DNA of 64,000 nt from an uncultured Candidatus Saccharibacteria bacterium (GCA_964574655.1 CAZNOH010000001.1:9852-73851); one strand, 5' to 3'. Shown: positions 46,834 to 57,435, counted from the first letter of the stretch. Numbers and translations are program-made. The notes: generated by a model from the sequence alone, not told the origin.

Positions 46834-49707
46834 ATGAAAAACGACAAAATCGTAATAAAAGGCGCCAAAGTTCATAATTTAAAAAATATTGATGTTGAGA
46901 TTCCAAGAGATAAAATAGTTGTGATTACTGGAATTTCTGGATCAGGAAAATCCTCGCTTGCTTTTGATACAATCTATGCTGAGGGGCAGAGAAGATATGT
47001 CGAAAGTTTGTCTGCTTATGCAAGGCAATTTTTGGGAGTGATGGACAAGCCAGATGTAGAAAGGATAGATGGAATGAGTCCAGCAATTTCAATTGATCAA
47101 AAAACAGTTTCAAAAAATCCAAGATCTACAGTGGGTACGATTACAGAAATTTATGATTATTTAAGATTGTTATTTGCAAGAATTGGCAAGCCTCATTGTC
47201 CGAAATGCGGAAGATTGGTTTTGAAGCAGACAATTAATCAAATCTTAGATCAAATTTTAAAATTAAAAAAAGGTACAAGAATCAATTTATTAGCTCCGAT
47301 AATTTCTGATAAAAAGGGCGAGCATCAGCATGTTTTGCAAGAAATTTTGAGAGCAGGATATGTGAGAGTGCGATTTGATGGAAAAATTTATCCAATGGAA
47401 GAAGCCTTAGATATGGATGTGGATAAAAATAAAAGGCATAGTATTGAGGTTGTAGTTGATAGGATTGAAATAAGCGGTAATAACGGAGATAAGATTAGGG
47501 TAGCTGATTCTTTAGAAACTGCTTTGGATCTAGGCAATGGAATTATTACTGTAAATTTAGTTGACGAAAATAATCCCCGAACCACTGAAGTGGTACGGGG
47601 CAGGGATATGCTTTTCAGCCAACTTTTTGCTTGTCCGAAATGTGGAATAAATTTAAGAGATTTGGAGCCTAGAAATTTTTCCTTTAATTCTCCTCATGGT
47701 TCTTGCAAAGAATGTACTGGATTGGGCACAAAGCTTGAAGTTGATGAGAATTTAGTAATTCCAAATAAAAAATTGACTTTAGCGCAAGGCGCAATTCGTC
47801 CTTGGTCTTCCTCTGTTTCGATGAGACAGACATGGTTTTCAAGAATATTAGAAAGCTTGGCAGAAAGCTATGGTTTTTCTTTGGACGTACCAGTTAAGGA
47901 TTTGCCAGAAAAATATTTAGAAAAAGTATTATTGGGCACTGGCAGTAAACTAATTGAGGTAAGCGATGGAATGAAGACAATTAAAACAACTTTTGAGGGC
48001 GTTATCCATAATTTAGAAAGGAGATACAAGGAAACTAATTCTGATTATATCAGGTCAGAAATTGAAAGATATATGAGAATACAGGTTTGTCCTAGATGTA
48101 ATGGCAAGAGGTTAAGACCAGAAGTTTTGGCTGTGAAAGTTAATCAAAAATCAATTTCTGATGTTACTGAAATGACAATTGATAATTTAGTGCCATGGTT
48201 TAAGGAATTATATAATGGCAAAAATATTTTAAGTGTAAAAGATCAAAAAATTTCTGGCCAAATTGTTAAAGAAATAGGCGATCGTTTGAAGTTTCTACAG
48301 AATGTTGGCTTGGAATATATTACTTTGGATCGTGCTGCTCATACCTTATCAGGCGGTGAAGCACAAAGAATAAGATTGGCAACTCAAATAGGCTCAGGAT
48401 TGGTTGGCGTTGTCTATATTTTAGATGAGCCGTCAATTGGTTTACACGCTAGGGACAATGATAAATTGATTGAAACTTTAAAAAATTTGAGAGATATGGG
48501 AAATACGGTGATTGTGGTTGAGCATGACAAAAAAACAATTTTAGAAGCTGATCATGTAATTGATATCGGTCCTGGTGCAGGCAAGCATGGCGGTGAATTA
48601 ATCTTTTCTGGCACTCCTTTAAAAATGAAGCAAGATAAAAAATCTTTAACTGGACTTTATTTGTCGGGAAGGAAGAGAATTGAAGCGCCAAAGAAGTATC
48701 GTAAAGGAAATGGCAAGGAATTAAAGGTATTAGGCGCTTCAGAATTTAATTTGAAGAATATTGACGTGTCAATTCCATTAGGGAAGTTTGTTTGCATAAC
48801 CGGTGTTTCTGGATCTGGAAAATCAACTTTAATGGATGAAATTTTAGGCAAGGCTTTAGCAAATAAGTTTTATGGCGCAAAAGATTTGCCAGGAAAGCAT
48901 AAGAGTATTTCTGGAATTGAAAATATTGACAAAGTAATTAGAATTGATCAATCACCGATTGGCAGAACACCGAGATCTAATCCAGCAACATATACTGGCG
49001 TGTTTACTTATATTAGAGATCTATATGCTGCAACTTCAGAAGCAAGGATGAGGGGCTATAAAGCTGGAAGATTTAGTTTTAATGTAAAAGGTGGAAGATG
49101 CGAGGCTTGTCAAGGAGATGGTTTAGTAAAAATTGAAATGTATTTTTTGCCGGATGTTTATGTTGAGTGTGAAGAATGCAAAGGAAAAAGGTATAACAAA
49201 CAAGCTTTAGAAATCAATTATAAAGGAAAAAATATTTCAGAGGTTTTGATGATGACAATTGATGAGGCAATGATGTTTTTTAGAAATATTCCGGCATTAA
49301 AGCAAAAGATAGGAATTTTGCAGGATGTGGGATTAGGATATTTGCAATTAGGCCAATCAGCAACGACTTTATCTGGCGGTGAAGCGCAAAGAATAAAATT
49401 GGCGACCGAATTATCAAGACGGGCAACTGGCAAGACATTATGCATCTTGGATGAACCGACAACTGGTCTTCATTTTGATGATGTGAAGAGATTGCTAAAA
49501 GTTTTGGATAGATTAGTTGACAAGAAGAATACTGTCTTAGTCATTGAGCATAATTTGGATGTAATAAAATGCGCTGATTGGATTATTGATTTGGGGCCGG
49601 AAGGCGGAGATAAAGGCGGTGAAATAGTGGCTTGTGGTACGCCAAAAGATGTGATGAAGGTGAAGAGAAGTTATACTGGGCAATACTTGCGAAAATTATT
49701 AAACTAG
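46834..49707 (+). CDS. uvrA: Excinuclease ABC subunit A
   Basis: Two ABC ATPase modules ([24 protein letters not shown]), zinc-finger CxxC pairs, LSGGEAQR signatures; 957 aa. Confidence 0.95.
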   Translation: MKNDKIVIKGAKVHNLKNIDVEIPRDKIVVITGISGSGKSSLAFDTIYAEGQRRYVESLSAYARQFLGVMDKPDVERIDGMSPAISIDQKTVSKNPRSTVGTITEIYDYLRLLFARIGKPHCPKCGRLVLKQTINQILDQILKLKKGTRINLLAPIISDKKGEHQHVLQEILRAGYVRVRFDGKIYPMEEALDMDVDKNKRHSIEVVVDRIEISGNNGDKIRVADSLETALDLGNGIITVNLVDENNPRTTEVVRGRDMLFSQLFACPKCGINLRDLEPRNFSFNSPHGSCKECTGLGTKLEVDENLVIPNKKLTLAQGAIRPWSSSVSMRQTWFSRILESLAESYGFSLDVPVKDLPEKYLEKVLLGTGSKLIEVSDGMKTIKTTFEGVIHNLERRYKETNSDYIRSEIERYMRIQVCPRCNGKRLRPEVLAVKVNQKSISDVTEMTIDNLVPWFKELYNGKNILSVKDQKISGQIVKEIGDRLKFLQNVGLEYITLDRAAHTLSGGEAQRIRLATQIGSGLVGVVYILDEPSIGLHARDNDKLIETLKNLRDMGNTVIVVEHDKKTILEADHVIDIGPGAGKHGGELIFSGTPLKMKQDKKSLTGLYLSGRKRIEAPKKYRKGNGKELKVLGASEFNLKNIDVSIPLGKFVCITGVSGSGKSTLMDEILGKALANKFYGAKDLPGKHKSISGIENIDKVIRIDQSPIGRTPRSNPATYTGVFTYIRDLYAATSEARMRGYKAGRFSFNVKGGRCEACQGDGLVKIEMYFLPDVYVECEECKGKRYNKQALEINYKGKNISEVLMMTIDEAMMFFRNIPALKQKIGILQDVGLGYLQLGQSATTLSGGEAQRIKLATELSRRATGKTLCILDEPTTGLHFDDVKRLLKVLDRLVDKKNTVLVIEHNLDVIKCADWIIDLGPEGGDKGGEIVACGTPKDVMKVKRSYTGQYLRKLLN

Positions 49708-49710
49708 TTT

Positions 49711-49744
49711 GAAAGTTATAAAGTTTTTAAAGTTATAAAGTAAA
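49711..49744. repeat. Word repeat W4 (GAAAGTTATAAAGTTTTTAAAGTTATAAAGTAAA)
   Basis: Near-identical to the copy after recA. Confidence 0.75.
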
Positions 49745-49776
49745 TTGCTAAATTGTTCAATTGTTAAATTGTTTTG
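49742..49776. repeat. Word repeat W2 (AAATTGCTAAATTGTTCAATTGTTAAATTGTTTTG)
   Basis: Follows a W4 copy after uvrA. Confidence 0.6.
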
Positions 49777-49815
49777 ATAAGTTCTTTTGACAAATAGGAG
49801 AAGAAGGAGGGAGAA

Positions 49816-50187
49816 ATGCAGGAGTATTCCGAGAAAGAAAGACAGGATTATGTTGATTGGATGAACATAGAGAAAGAAGCCAGAAAAAATTTAATGGATC
49901 AATTAAATGTAGCAAGAGGGACTTCAGAAGAAAGCGGTCTTTTGGAAAAATTAGGAGAACTTTTCAGACTGGGGTCGTCTGGGTCTGGATATTGTTTGCA
50001 TGAACGAAGTCTTTGTTCTAATTGTATAGCTTGTGATGAGTTGAATCGTCTCTGTTTTTCGCGTTATTGTGAATGTGGAAAATTGGCTATCGGTTTGGTG
50101 AATAATTATGGGGCAAAAGATAATGAATTTTTCTGTGAAGAGCATAGTAAAGATGTAGATAATTTTGAGCCTTACGAGGAAGAATAA
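49816..50187 (+). CDS. Small Cys-rich hypothetical protein
   Basis: 123 aa, multiple CxxC motifs (CSNCIACDE...CECGK), strong SD GGAGAAGAAGGAGGGAGAA, leader motif AAGTTCTTTTGACAAA. Confidence 0.5.
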   Translation: MQEYSEKERQDYVDWMNIEKEARKNLMDQLNVARGTSEESGLLEKLGELFRLGSSGSGYCLHERSLCSNCIACDELNRLCFSRYCECGKLAIGLVNNYGAKDNEFFCEEHSKDVDNFEPYEEE

Positions 50188-50210
50188 GGAGAATGAAAGA
50201 TCTTTTTTGA

Positions 50211-50235
50211 AGCATACTTTGAGTGTGCTTTTTTG
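50211..50235 (+). terminator. Terminator after the 49816 gene
   Basis: AGCATAC-TTTGA-GTGTGCT (one G-T pair) followed by TTTTTTG. Confidence 0.5.
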
Positions 50236-50240
50236 TTATT

Positions 50241-50265
50241 AAAAAAAAGACCTAGAATTTGGTCT
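50241..50265 (-). terminator. Terminator after the CDP-alcohol phosphatidyltransferase gene (minus strand)
   Basis: On the minus strand: AAGACC-AAATTCTA-GGTCTT followed by TTTTTTTT. Confidence 0.6.
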
Positions 50266-50835
50266 TTAGTCTGAAAGGACAATTTTTTTGTTGGACTGAA
50301 AGTAATCGTAAAGAGAATAAATGATAATTACAGCAACGAGCCATTGGACGTGAATGAAGTAAGGAATAATGTCAAAGACATTATAGATTTTGAAAATGTA
50401 GAAAAACATGATCAAGCAGGCATTCCAGGCTAGAGCATGGCATTTGATTTTACCTGCGATTCTGGCGGAAAGAACGATTCCAGTAATGAGGCTTTTGTAG
50501 CGAATGCACATTACTGCAATTTCTCGGCTAACCATTAGAAATAGAAGCCAAGGGTTTGCTAGTTCAAGTTGGATCAGGCAAAAGTATACGGTGCCGTGCC
50601 AAAATGCATCGCTTAATGGATCAAGAAGTTTGCCGATTTGGCTGACTTCATTATATTTTCTGGCGACATAACCGTCAAGAATGTCTAATATTTCTGAGAC
50701 AACCATAATGAACAAAGCGATAGGTATAGCAATTTTGTTGCTTGGCCAGAAGTAAATGATGAAAAAGAGCGTTAAAGGACAAATGACCATTCTTGATACA
50801 GTAATCTTGTTAGCACGAGTCATTTTCCCAGCCAT
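50266..50835 (-). CDS. CDP-alcohol phosphatidyltransferase (PgsA-like)
   Basis: Family motif D-x2-DG-x2-AR...G-x3-G-x3-D-x3-D seen as DILDGYVARKYNEVSQIGKLLDPLSD; multi-TM. SD GGGAGGT precedes the ATG. Confidence 0.8.
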   Translation of the reverse strand: MAGKMTRANKITVSRMVICPLTLFFIIYFWPSNKIAIPIALFIMVVSEILDILDGYVARKYNEVSQIGKLLDPLSDAFWHGTVYFCLIQLELANPWLLFLMVSREIAVMCIRYKSLITGIVLSARIAGKIKCHALAWNACLIMFFYIFKIYNVFDIIPYFIHVQWLVAVIIIYSLYDYFQSNKKIVLSD

Positions 50836-50917
50836 TTTGACCTCCCGTCTTTCCGAGTTTGGGGTATAAAACCGTTAAATTAGAATAGCATTTTAGTTTG
50901 GTTTTTACAATAAAATT

Positions 50918-50926
50918 TGGTATAAT
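50918..50926 (+). promoter_or_regulatory. Possible extended -10 (TGGTATAAT) upstream of polX
   Basis: TGnTATAAT lies ~90 nt upstream of the polX ATG. The CACAAAT word array sits between it and the start codon. Confidence 0.3.
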
Positions 50927-50937
50927 AATCTCAAATG

Positions 50938-51008
50938 CTCACAAATGTGCCACAAATTTCACAAATAATTATTCGTGCTATTTGTGCAGAATTTGTGATA
51001 ATTTGAGA
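50938..51008. repeat. Word repeat W7: CACAAAT x3 followed by ATTTGTG x2 in the polX 5' region
   Basis: CTCACAAATGTGCCACAAATTTCACAAATAATTATTCGTGCTATTTGTGCAGAATTTGTGATAATTTGAG. Confidence 0.7.
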
Positions 51009-51013
51009 TTTTT

Positions 51014-52771
51014 ATGTTAAACGAAAAAATTGCCGATATTTTTGATGAGACAGCTGATATGTATGCAATGGAAAATGTACAATTTAAGCCAAGAGCTTAT
51101 CAAAAAGCAGCTATTTCTTTGCGTTCTTTGAATCGTGATGTAAAAGATATTTATAAAGAAGGCGGTTTAAAAGCATTAAATGAAATTTCTGGTGTTGGCG
51201 AATCTATGGCTTTGAAAATTGAAGAAATAATAAAAACTGGCAAGATCAAAGAATATAAGAAGATGAAGGAAAAGATGCCAGCCAGGGTAGAAGAGATGAC
51301 AGCTATTGAAGGAGTCGGTCCAAAATTAGTCAAAGAAGTCTATGAAAAATTAGGAGTTAAAACTGTAAAACAATTAGAAGAGGCAGCGGAAAAAGGGAAA
51401 ATCAGCAAGCTCAAAGGCATGGGAGAAAAAACTGAAGAGAACATTTTGTCAGGAATCAAATTTTTGGAAAAAAGCAAAGGCAGGAAATTATTAGGAGATA
51501 TTTTGCCTGAGGCAAATTCCATAAAAGAAAATTTAATTAGATTAACTTCTGATAAAGATATCGAGGTTGTTGGATCAATAAGACGAGGCAAGGAAACAAT
51601 AGGTGATATAGATCTTTTAGCAGTCTCTAAAGATACAAAAAAATTAATTGATGTTTTTTGCGAATTAGAACAAGTTGAAAAAGTTTATGCTAAAGGAAAT
51701 GATAAGGCATTGGTTCGATTAAAAGTTGGAGTTGATTGTGATTTACGAGTTTTTAAAAAAGAAAGTTATGGAGCTGGACTTCTTTATTTTACGGGATCGA
51801 AATTACATAATATAAAATTGCGGGAAATGGCCATGAAAAAGGGCTGGACGTTGAATGAGTATGGGTTGTATGAAGTCAAAAGTCTAAAGTCAAAAGTCAA
51901 AAGTAAGAATCAAAATTCAAAAATAGCTGGTGAAACTGAAAAAGAAATTTATGCTAAGTTTAAAATGGATTATATTGAGCCAGAATTGCGTGAAGACCAT
52001 GGCGAGATTGAGGCTTCATTGAGCCATAAATTACCAAAACTTGTTGAGAGAAAAGATATTCTAGGAGTTTTTCATGTTCATAGCAATTATAGTTTGGATG
52101 CTGTTGGCAGTATTTCTGATCTAGTGAAAAAGGCAAAAAAGATGGGGTTAAAATATTTAGTAATGGGCGATCATGTTGGAAGTTTAAAAATTGCAGCGAA
52201 GATGGAAGATAAAGATATCTTGGAATATATAAAATATATTGAAAATTTAAATAAAAAATTATCTGGTTTTAGAATTTTGTCTGGAGTGGAGGCAAATATT
52301 TTGAGAGATGGAACTATTGATGTCTCTGACAAAATTTTAGCAAAGCTTGATGTGGTTGTAGCTGGCATTCATTCTGTTTTTAAAATGCCAAAAAAAGAAA
52401 TGACAGAAAGAATGATTAAAGCAATGGAAAATAAAAATGTTGATATTATTTCTCATCCGACTGGAAGATTATTGACTAGACGAGATGAATATAATTTAGA
52501 TATTGAAGAAATCTTGAAAGCTGCAAAAAGGACAAGAACTTGTCTTGAGATTAATGCCTTTCCAGATAGATTAGATTTGAATGATGTGAATATAAAAAGT
52601 GCAATTGATCATGGAGTGAAATTAGCAATCGGACTTGATTCGCATAATATCGATCAGATGGATGTTTTGGATTTTGGAGTAATTACAGCTCGGCGTGGAT
52701 GGGCGGAAAAAGCGGACATTATAAATACTTATAGTTTAGACAAGTTAATGAATTATTTAGGGAATAAATAG
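51014..52771 (+). CDS. Family X DNA polymerase with C-terminal PHP domain (PolX)
   Basis: HhH motifs, Pol-beta NTase motif GSIRRGKETIGDIDLL, PHP histidines (VFHVHSNYSLD...GDH..). Confidence 0.85.
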   Translation: MLNEKIADIFDETADMYAMENVQFKPRAYQKAAISLRSLNRDVKDIYKEGGLKALNEISGVGESMALKIEEIIKTGKIKEYKKMKEKMPARVEEMTAIEGVGPKLVKEVYEKLGVKTVKQLEEAAEKGKISKLKGMGEKTEENILSGIKFLEKSKGRKLLGDILPEANSIKENLIRLTSDKDIEVVGSIRRGKETIGDIDLLAVSKDTKKLIDVFCELEQVEKVYAKGNDKALVRLKVGVDCDLRVFKKESYGAGLLYFTGSKLHNIKLREMAMKKGWTLNEYGLYEVKSLKSKVKSKNQNSKIAGETEKEIYAKFKMDYIEPELREDHGEIEASLSHKLPKLVERKDILGVFHVHSNYSLDAVGSISDLVKKAKKMGLKYLVMGDHVGSLKIAAKMEDKDILEYIKYIENLNKKLSGFRILSGVEANILRDGTIDVSDKILAKLDVVVAGIHSVFKMPKKEMTERMIKAMENKNVDIISHPTGRLLTRRDEYNLDIEEILKAAKRTRTCLEINAFPDRLDLNDVNIKSAIDHGVKLAIGLDSHNIDQMDVLDFGVITARRGWAEKADIINTYSLDKLMNYLGNK

Positions 52772-52789
52772 TTTCTTCTGTAAATTTTT

Positions 52790-52838
52790 TCGCTAATCAT
52801 TTGCGAATATTTGCTAATTGTTTGCTAATAAAATAAAT
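52790..52838. repeat. Word repeat W3, second locus (downstream of polX)
   Basis: TCGCTAATCATTTGCGAATATTTGCTAATTGTTTGCTAATAAA is about 90% identical to the left arm at 9106. Confidence 0.8.
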
Positions 52839-52890
52839 TAAAATTTTCTTTAAAAATAAAAAAACCTAGATTAACTAGGTAAAAGGGCTA

Positions 52891-53181
52891 CTATATTTTT
52901 CCAGAATGAATCCATTTGCGTGAAGGATCTGATGTTGGTTTGGTGAGATTGCGGAGTTGCTTGTGGCAAAGGTAGGTTTGACGGATATACAGAATCATGA
53001 TACCGAAGACTGTACCGGACAAGAAATAGGCAGATGAAATCATTGTTGGTAGATTGTTGGGTGTGTTCAATATGGCAAAACCATAAAAGAAAACGTACGA
53101 GATAACACAGAAGACGATCATTGAGATATTTGTGTAAAGCGTTACTTTTAGTGCTTTCTTTTCGCTCTTTTCGTCCATCAT
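52891..53181 (-). CDS. Small membrane protein, hypothetical
   Basis: 96 aa with two hydrophobic helices, convergent with polX. Weak support. Confidence 0.3.
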   Translation of the reverse strand: MMDEKSEKKALKVTLYTNISMIVFCVISYVFFYGFAILNTPNNLPTMISSAYFLSGTVFGIMILYIRQTYLCHKQLRNLTKPTSDPSRKWIHSGKI

Positions 53182-53339
53182 TGTCCTCCTTTCCTCTTGT
53201 CTATGGTCTTTTCAAGCTTATTTAAGCTTAGCATATATTTATAATCTTGTCAATTGCAAAACAAAAACAGCTTCACACTAATAAATTTTCGAATAACACT
53301 AGTAAGTTTTTAAATACATTTTTGAAACAAAAATAATTT

Positions 53340-54281
53340 ATGCAAGATTTGGAAAAAGCTGTATTATCGGCTGTTTCTTATTATGATATTTTTGAATACC
53401 CACTGACAAGTTGGGAGATTTTTAAGTGGGGATATTGTCGAGTTAAAAGTCCAAAGTCTAAAGTCAAAAATAATTTGAATAGTATAAATGTTGTTTTGAA
53501 TAATTCTGAAATTTTGAAAAAAAATTTAATGCATAAAAATGGATTCTATTTTTTGAAAGGTAGAGAAGACATTGTTGAAATTAGAAGACAAAGATATTTG
53601 TTGGCGCAAAAGAGATGGAAAAAGTTGCAAAGAATTACGACTATTTTGCAAGTTGTGCCTTTTATAAAAATGATTGCTGGATGTAATAATTTATTAATTA
53701 ATAATATCAAGCCTGATTCAGATATTGATGTTTTTATAGTGGTTAAGGCTGGTCGAATGTGGATAACGAGATTTTTGGTGACTAGTTTAGTAAGCCTATT
53801 AGGGCAATGGAGACATAAAGACAGGATTTCTGGTAAATTATGTTTATCATTTTTTGTAACTGATGATAATTTAAATTTAGAGAAAATCTCTAAAAAACCT
53901 TACGATATCTATCTAAATAATTGGATTTTATTAGCAGCGCCTTTATTGGATAGAGGAATTTACTCTAAATTTATGTTAGATAATATTTGGGCAAAAAATT
54001 CTGTGCCAAATGCTTTGGAATATCTGCCAGTTGGTTATGAGAGGAAAATTAAGAAAATATTATTTTTAGATAAAATGAGAGAATTTAGCGAGAAAATTTT
54101 GGCAGGTAAAGTTGGCAATGGTTTGGAAAATATTTTTCGAAAAATTCAAATTAAAAAAATGAGAGGAAAAGGATTAGATGTTATTATTTCTGATAAAATG
54201 TTGAAGTTTCATGAAGTCGATAGACGGGATCAGTTTCGAGAAGAATTCGAGGTTAATTTGAATAAGGCGATGGGAAATTGA
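53340..54281 (+). CDS. Nucleotidyltransferase-fold protein of unknown function
   Basis: hG[GS]-like IAGC...DSDIDVFIV resembles the Pol-beta-superfamily NTase signature (LicD/CD-NTase/MNT-like). No further assignment is possible by eye. Confidence 0.35.
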   Translation: MQDLEKAVLSAVSYYDIFEYPLTSWEIFKWGYCRVKSPKSKVKNNLNSINVVLNNSEILKKNLMHKNGFYFLKGREDIVEIRRQRYLLAQKRWKKLQRITTILQVVPFIKMIAGCNNLLINNIKPDSDIDVFIVVKAGRMWITRFLVTSLVSLLGQWRHKDRISGKLCLSFFVTDDNLNLEKISKKPYDIYLNNWILLAAPLLDRGIYSKFMLDNIWAKNSVPNALEYLPVGYERKIKKILFLDKMREFSEKILAGKVGNGLENIFRKIQIKKMRGKGLDVIISDKMLKFHEVDRRDQFREEFEVNLNKAMGN

Positions 54282-54304
54282 GATATTAAATATTTAATAT
54301 TATT

Positions 54305-54793
54305 ATGAAAATAACACTAAGATATCAAGAAATGTCTGATGCTAAGAGATTTTGTGAAATTTTAAATAATCCAAATTTTATTTATTTTAATGCAAAGCCG
54401 TCAATGAAGGAAGAGATCGAGTGGTTGAAGGCAGTTCTTGAAAAAGCAAAAAATAATTACGAGCATAATTATACGATTCTTTGTGATGAAGAGATAGTTG
54501 GTGGTATTGGAATAAAAATAAATCAACATTGTAAATTTGTTGGCGAAATTGGTTATTTTTTAGATGAGAAATATTGGGGCAAAGGGATAACTTGCGAAGC
54601 TGTAAAATTAGCTGAAGAAATTGCTTTCAAAAAGTTGGATTTAAGGCGGATAGAAATTTTGACAGACGTAAAAAATGAACAAAGCCAAAGAGTAGCAAAA
54701 AAGTGTGGTTACGAAAAAGAAGGAATTCTAAAAAAAAGAATTATGAATCAGAAAAAATACGTTGATGCAATTTTATTTTCAAAAGTTAAATAA
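54305..54793 (+). CDS. GNAT family N-acetyltransferase (RimJ/RimL-like)
   Basis: Acetyl-CoA binding region (GEIGYFLDEKYWGKGITCEAVKLAEEIAFKKLDLRRIEI) and C-terminal GYEKEG. Confidence 0.8.
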   Translation: MKITLRYQEMSDAKRFCEILNNPNFIYFNAKPSMKEEIEWLKAVLEKAKNNYEHNYTILCDEEIVGGIGIKINQHCKFVGEIGYFLDEKYWGKGITCEAVKLAEEIAFKKLDLRRIEILTDVKNEQSQRVAKKCGYEKEGILKKRIMNQKKYVDAILFSKVK

Positions 54794-54805
54794 TAAAAAT
54801 AAAAT

Positions 54806-56251
54806 ATGAGAAAAATAATTGGTGGTTTTATTTTAGCTGTTGGATTATTTTTGGGAGGTTTTTGTTTTGCTGCAAATTTAGGAGATACCTGGACCAAAAC
54901 AGGAAATTTAGATGGAGCAACTACAGTTTATTGTTTAGCACAAGGTCTGGATGGTGCTATTTATGCAGGTACTTATCCAGATGGCGATGTTTATAAATCA
55001 GCTGATGATGGTTTGACGTGGGCGAATACCGGAGATCTTTTAAACGCAACTGGCGTTCATTCTTTGCTGGTTGATTCTTCGGGCGCGATTTATGCTGGAA
55101 CTGCTCCGAATAGCGATTTGTTTAAATCTACTGATAATGGAGCAACTTGGACAAAATTAAAAACATTTGTTGGCGGATCAAATGTTTATAAAATTATTCA
55201 AACGAGCGATGGTTCAATTTTTGCAGCAACAGATCATGACGGGAATATTTATAAATCAGAAGATGCAGGTTTGAATTGGCAGGATACAGGTAATCTTGCA
55301 AACGCAGAAAATGTTTACACAATTATTCAAGCCTCAAGCGAAGTTTTATATGCTGGAACATTTCCAAATGGCAAAGTTTTTAAATCTGTCGATTTAGGAG
55401 CAAATTGGATTGCAACTGGTACATTGACTAATGCATCTTATGTTGATAGTTTGCTAGAAACTGCTGCGGGAGTATTGTATGCAGGAGCGCGCGGAGATAC
55501 TGTTGGCAGAGTTTATAAATCAGTTGATGATGGTAATGCTTGGGGAATAACTGGAAATTTGTCAGATGCTTGGATTGTTGAACATCTGTTGCAATTACCA
55601 TTAGGCTCTGTTTTTACAGCAACGGCAAGCAGTGGAGATATCTTTAAAACTGTTGATTCTGGTCAACTGTGGACTAAAAATGGCGCTTTGAGTGGTGTAT
55701 CTTGGGCATATAATTTGCTTTTTACTTCAAGCAATTCTTTGTTAGCGGCGACTAATAACGGAGTTTTCAGAAGTGTCGGTGATCAGCAAATAGGCAGTGA
55801 TAAAAAAGGGAATCAAGATATTGATAAAAAGAAATTAAAAGACAGCGATAAAAATCAACCAATAATTGGCAAGGATGTAGTAATAATTTTTCAGCAGTTG
55901 CCTACAAATCCAAAAAAATATTATATTAAGGTTAAAAAAGTTAATAAAAATCCAATAAATTTAGCATCAAGCAAGACTTTGCCGTATTACTGGAAATTAA
56001 CAACAAATTTACGTTCAAATTTCAAACTAAAATTAAAATTCAAGTTTAAAAATAATGAAGTAAGATTATTGAAGTATAAACAAACTTTGCAATACAAAAA
56101 GAGCAGATTAAAATTAGTTTTTAGAAAGGGTAAAATTAAAAGTTGGAGCAATATGAATAATGTGGTTTATAAAAAAAATCTTAGAAAATTTGTAGCGACT
56201 TTTACTTATTTTAAAAAAAATAAAAATTATTTTGCAATAACAATGCGTTAA
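54806..56251 (+). CDS. Secreted BNR/Asp-box repeat beta-propeller protein with Lys-rich C-terminal tail
   Basis: Signal peptide, at least six [YF]KS.D.G..W repeats (KSADDGLTW, KSTDNGATW, KSEDAGLNW, KSVDLGANW, KSVDDGNAW, KTVDSGQLW). Confidence 0.75.
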   Translation: MRKIIGGFILAVGLFLGGFCFAANLGDTWTKTGNLDGATTVYCLAQGLDGAIYAGTYPDGDVYKSADDGLTWANTGDLLNATGVHSLLVDSSGAIYAGTAPNSDLFKSTDNGATWTKLKTFVGGSNVYKIIQTSDGSIFAATDHDGNIYKSEDAGLNWQDTGNLANAENVYTIIQASSEVLYAGTFPNGKVFKSVDLGANWIATGTLTNASYVDSLLETAAGVLYAGARGDTVGRVYKSVDDGNAWGITGNLSDAWIVEHLLQLPLGSVFTATASSGDIFKTVDSGQLWTKNGALSGVSWAYNLLFTSSNSLLAATNNGVFRSVGDQQIGSDKKGNQDIDKKKLKDSDKNQPIIGKDVVIIFQQLPTNPKKYYIKVKKVNKNPINLASSKTLPYYWKLTTNLRSNFKLKLKFKFKNNEVRLLKYKQTLQYKKSRLKLVFRKGKIKSWSNMNNVVYKKNLRKFVATFTYFKKNKNYFAITMR

Positions 56252-56256
56252 TCGCG

Positions 56257-56290
56257 AATTTGCACAAATTCTGACACAAATTGCACAAAT
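56257..56290. repeat. Word repeat W7 (AATTTGCACAAATTCTGACACAAATTGCACAAAT)
   Basis: Three CACAAAT words 6 nt after the BNR gene stop. Confidence 0.7.
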
Positions 56291-56319
56291 AAAAAAAGAC
56301 GAGGTATCTCGTCTTTTTG
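56291..56319. terminator. Bidirectional terminator between the BNR gene and the 56335 gene
   Basis: AAAAAAAGACGAG-GTAT-CTCGTCTTTTT. Confidence 0.7.
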
Positions 56320-56334
56320 AATATTATCTAATTT

Positions 56335-56622
56335 TTAAAGCATTTGATCGATTTCGGCTTTGAATTTGTCAATTGTTTTTTTCAAAACTTCGCTGCAATT
56401 TGCAACAATGGATTGCAAATATTCGACTAAGCCTGGTTCATTTTTAGAAATTTTTTCTTGGGCCTCTTGTTTTTTTTCTTCTGGGATTGCCAATGTCAAA
56501 GCGATAATCAGTCTTTTTTCTAAAAGTTCGCCAATTTTTGGCAATAATTTTTCGCGCATTTCTGGAGCAATTTTGTCAGTAATTCCCAAATTTTGCAATA
56601 TATTTTTGGTTTGTTCTAGCAT
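56335..56622 (-). CDS. Hypothetical protein
   Basis: 95 aa helical protein; downstream of and co-oriented with the 56652..57245 ORF. Confidence 0.4.
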   Translation of the reverse strand: MLEQTKNILQNLGITDKIAPEMREKLLPKIGELLEKRLIIALTLAIPEEKKQEAQEKISKNEPGLVEYLQSIVANCSEVLKKTIDKFKAEIDQML

Positions 56623-56651
56623 TTTTATTTTAAAATTTAATTAATAATAAA

Positions 56652-57245
56652 TTAACGGCTAGTTCTTCTTAATTTTTCGCTAGCTGGTGTTGTCTTTGCA
56701 AATTTTTCTCGAGGTTTTTGACCTTCTTGTTCGCTTATCATGACAGCTTGGACGTATTTTCTTCTGGCTTCTTTAACGAAATCAGGATTTATTTCGGAGA
56801 CATTGTAAACATTTTCTAGCTCTACCCCATGTTTTTTGCAGAACATCATCATTCTGGAAAGTTGTTCAATAATAGCGCGGCCGATTTCACCAGCTTCAAC
56901 TGTTTCTTCACCTTGTTCTGCTCTTTGTTCAGTCAAACTTTCTAATTCTTGTCCATAACGATAGACTGTATTTTCGTCGCCTTCCTTAAATCTTTCTAAT
57001 ATTTCTGATTCGCTTTGTTTTACGTTTTCAGGACGTTGATAATAGAATTCGGCTTGAGCTTCTTTGCTTGCTAAAACGCCAGCAGCAAGCAATAAGCCAG
57101 CTAAAGCAACTTCTTTGCTTCTTGATAATCCGTCAAAGATTATTTTTCGATCTTGAGATATTTCAGGAGATTCTTGTAGCCTTGATTCAATTTCAGAAGC
57201 TAATGCTTCTTGTCGCATTTCTGGTCCTCTTTCTAAAGCGGTCAT
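56652..57245 (-). CDS. Hypothetical acidic protein
   Basis: 197 aa, E-rich, one central hydrophobic helix. No family recognised. Confidence 0.45.
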   Translation of the reverse strand: MTALERGPEMRQEALASEIESRLQESPEISQDRKIIFDGLSRSKEVALAGLLLAAGVLASKEAQAEFYYQRPENVKQSESEILERFKEGDENTVYRYGQELESLTEQRAEQGEETVEAGEIGRAIIEQLSRMMMFCKKHGVELENVYNVSEINPDFVKEARRKYVQAVMISEQEGQKPREKFAKTTPASEKLRRTSR

Positions 57246-57401
57246 ATTTTTGTATTAATTTATTAATCTAGCAATAGGTACAAATAGTTTGTAGCTAGTA
57301 GCTAGTTAATTTAGTATAACATAAATTGTTTGAAATTAAAGTGTATAAGTATTGACTTTTGTTCTTGGAATGACTAAACTAAGGTGATGTGGACAAAATT
57401 C

Positions 57402-57428
57402 TTGACATCATACTTTGAGTGTTATAAG
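57402..57428 (+). promoter_or_regulatory. Putative sigma-70-type promoter of groES-groEL
   Basis: TTGACA (57402-57407), a ~15-16 nt spacer, then TATAAG immediately upstream of CIRCE. Confidence 0.5.
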
Positions 57429-57435
57429 ATTGTTA

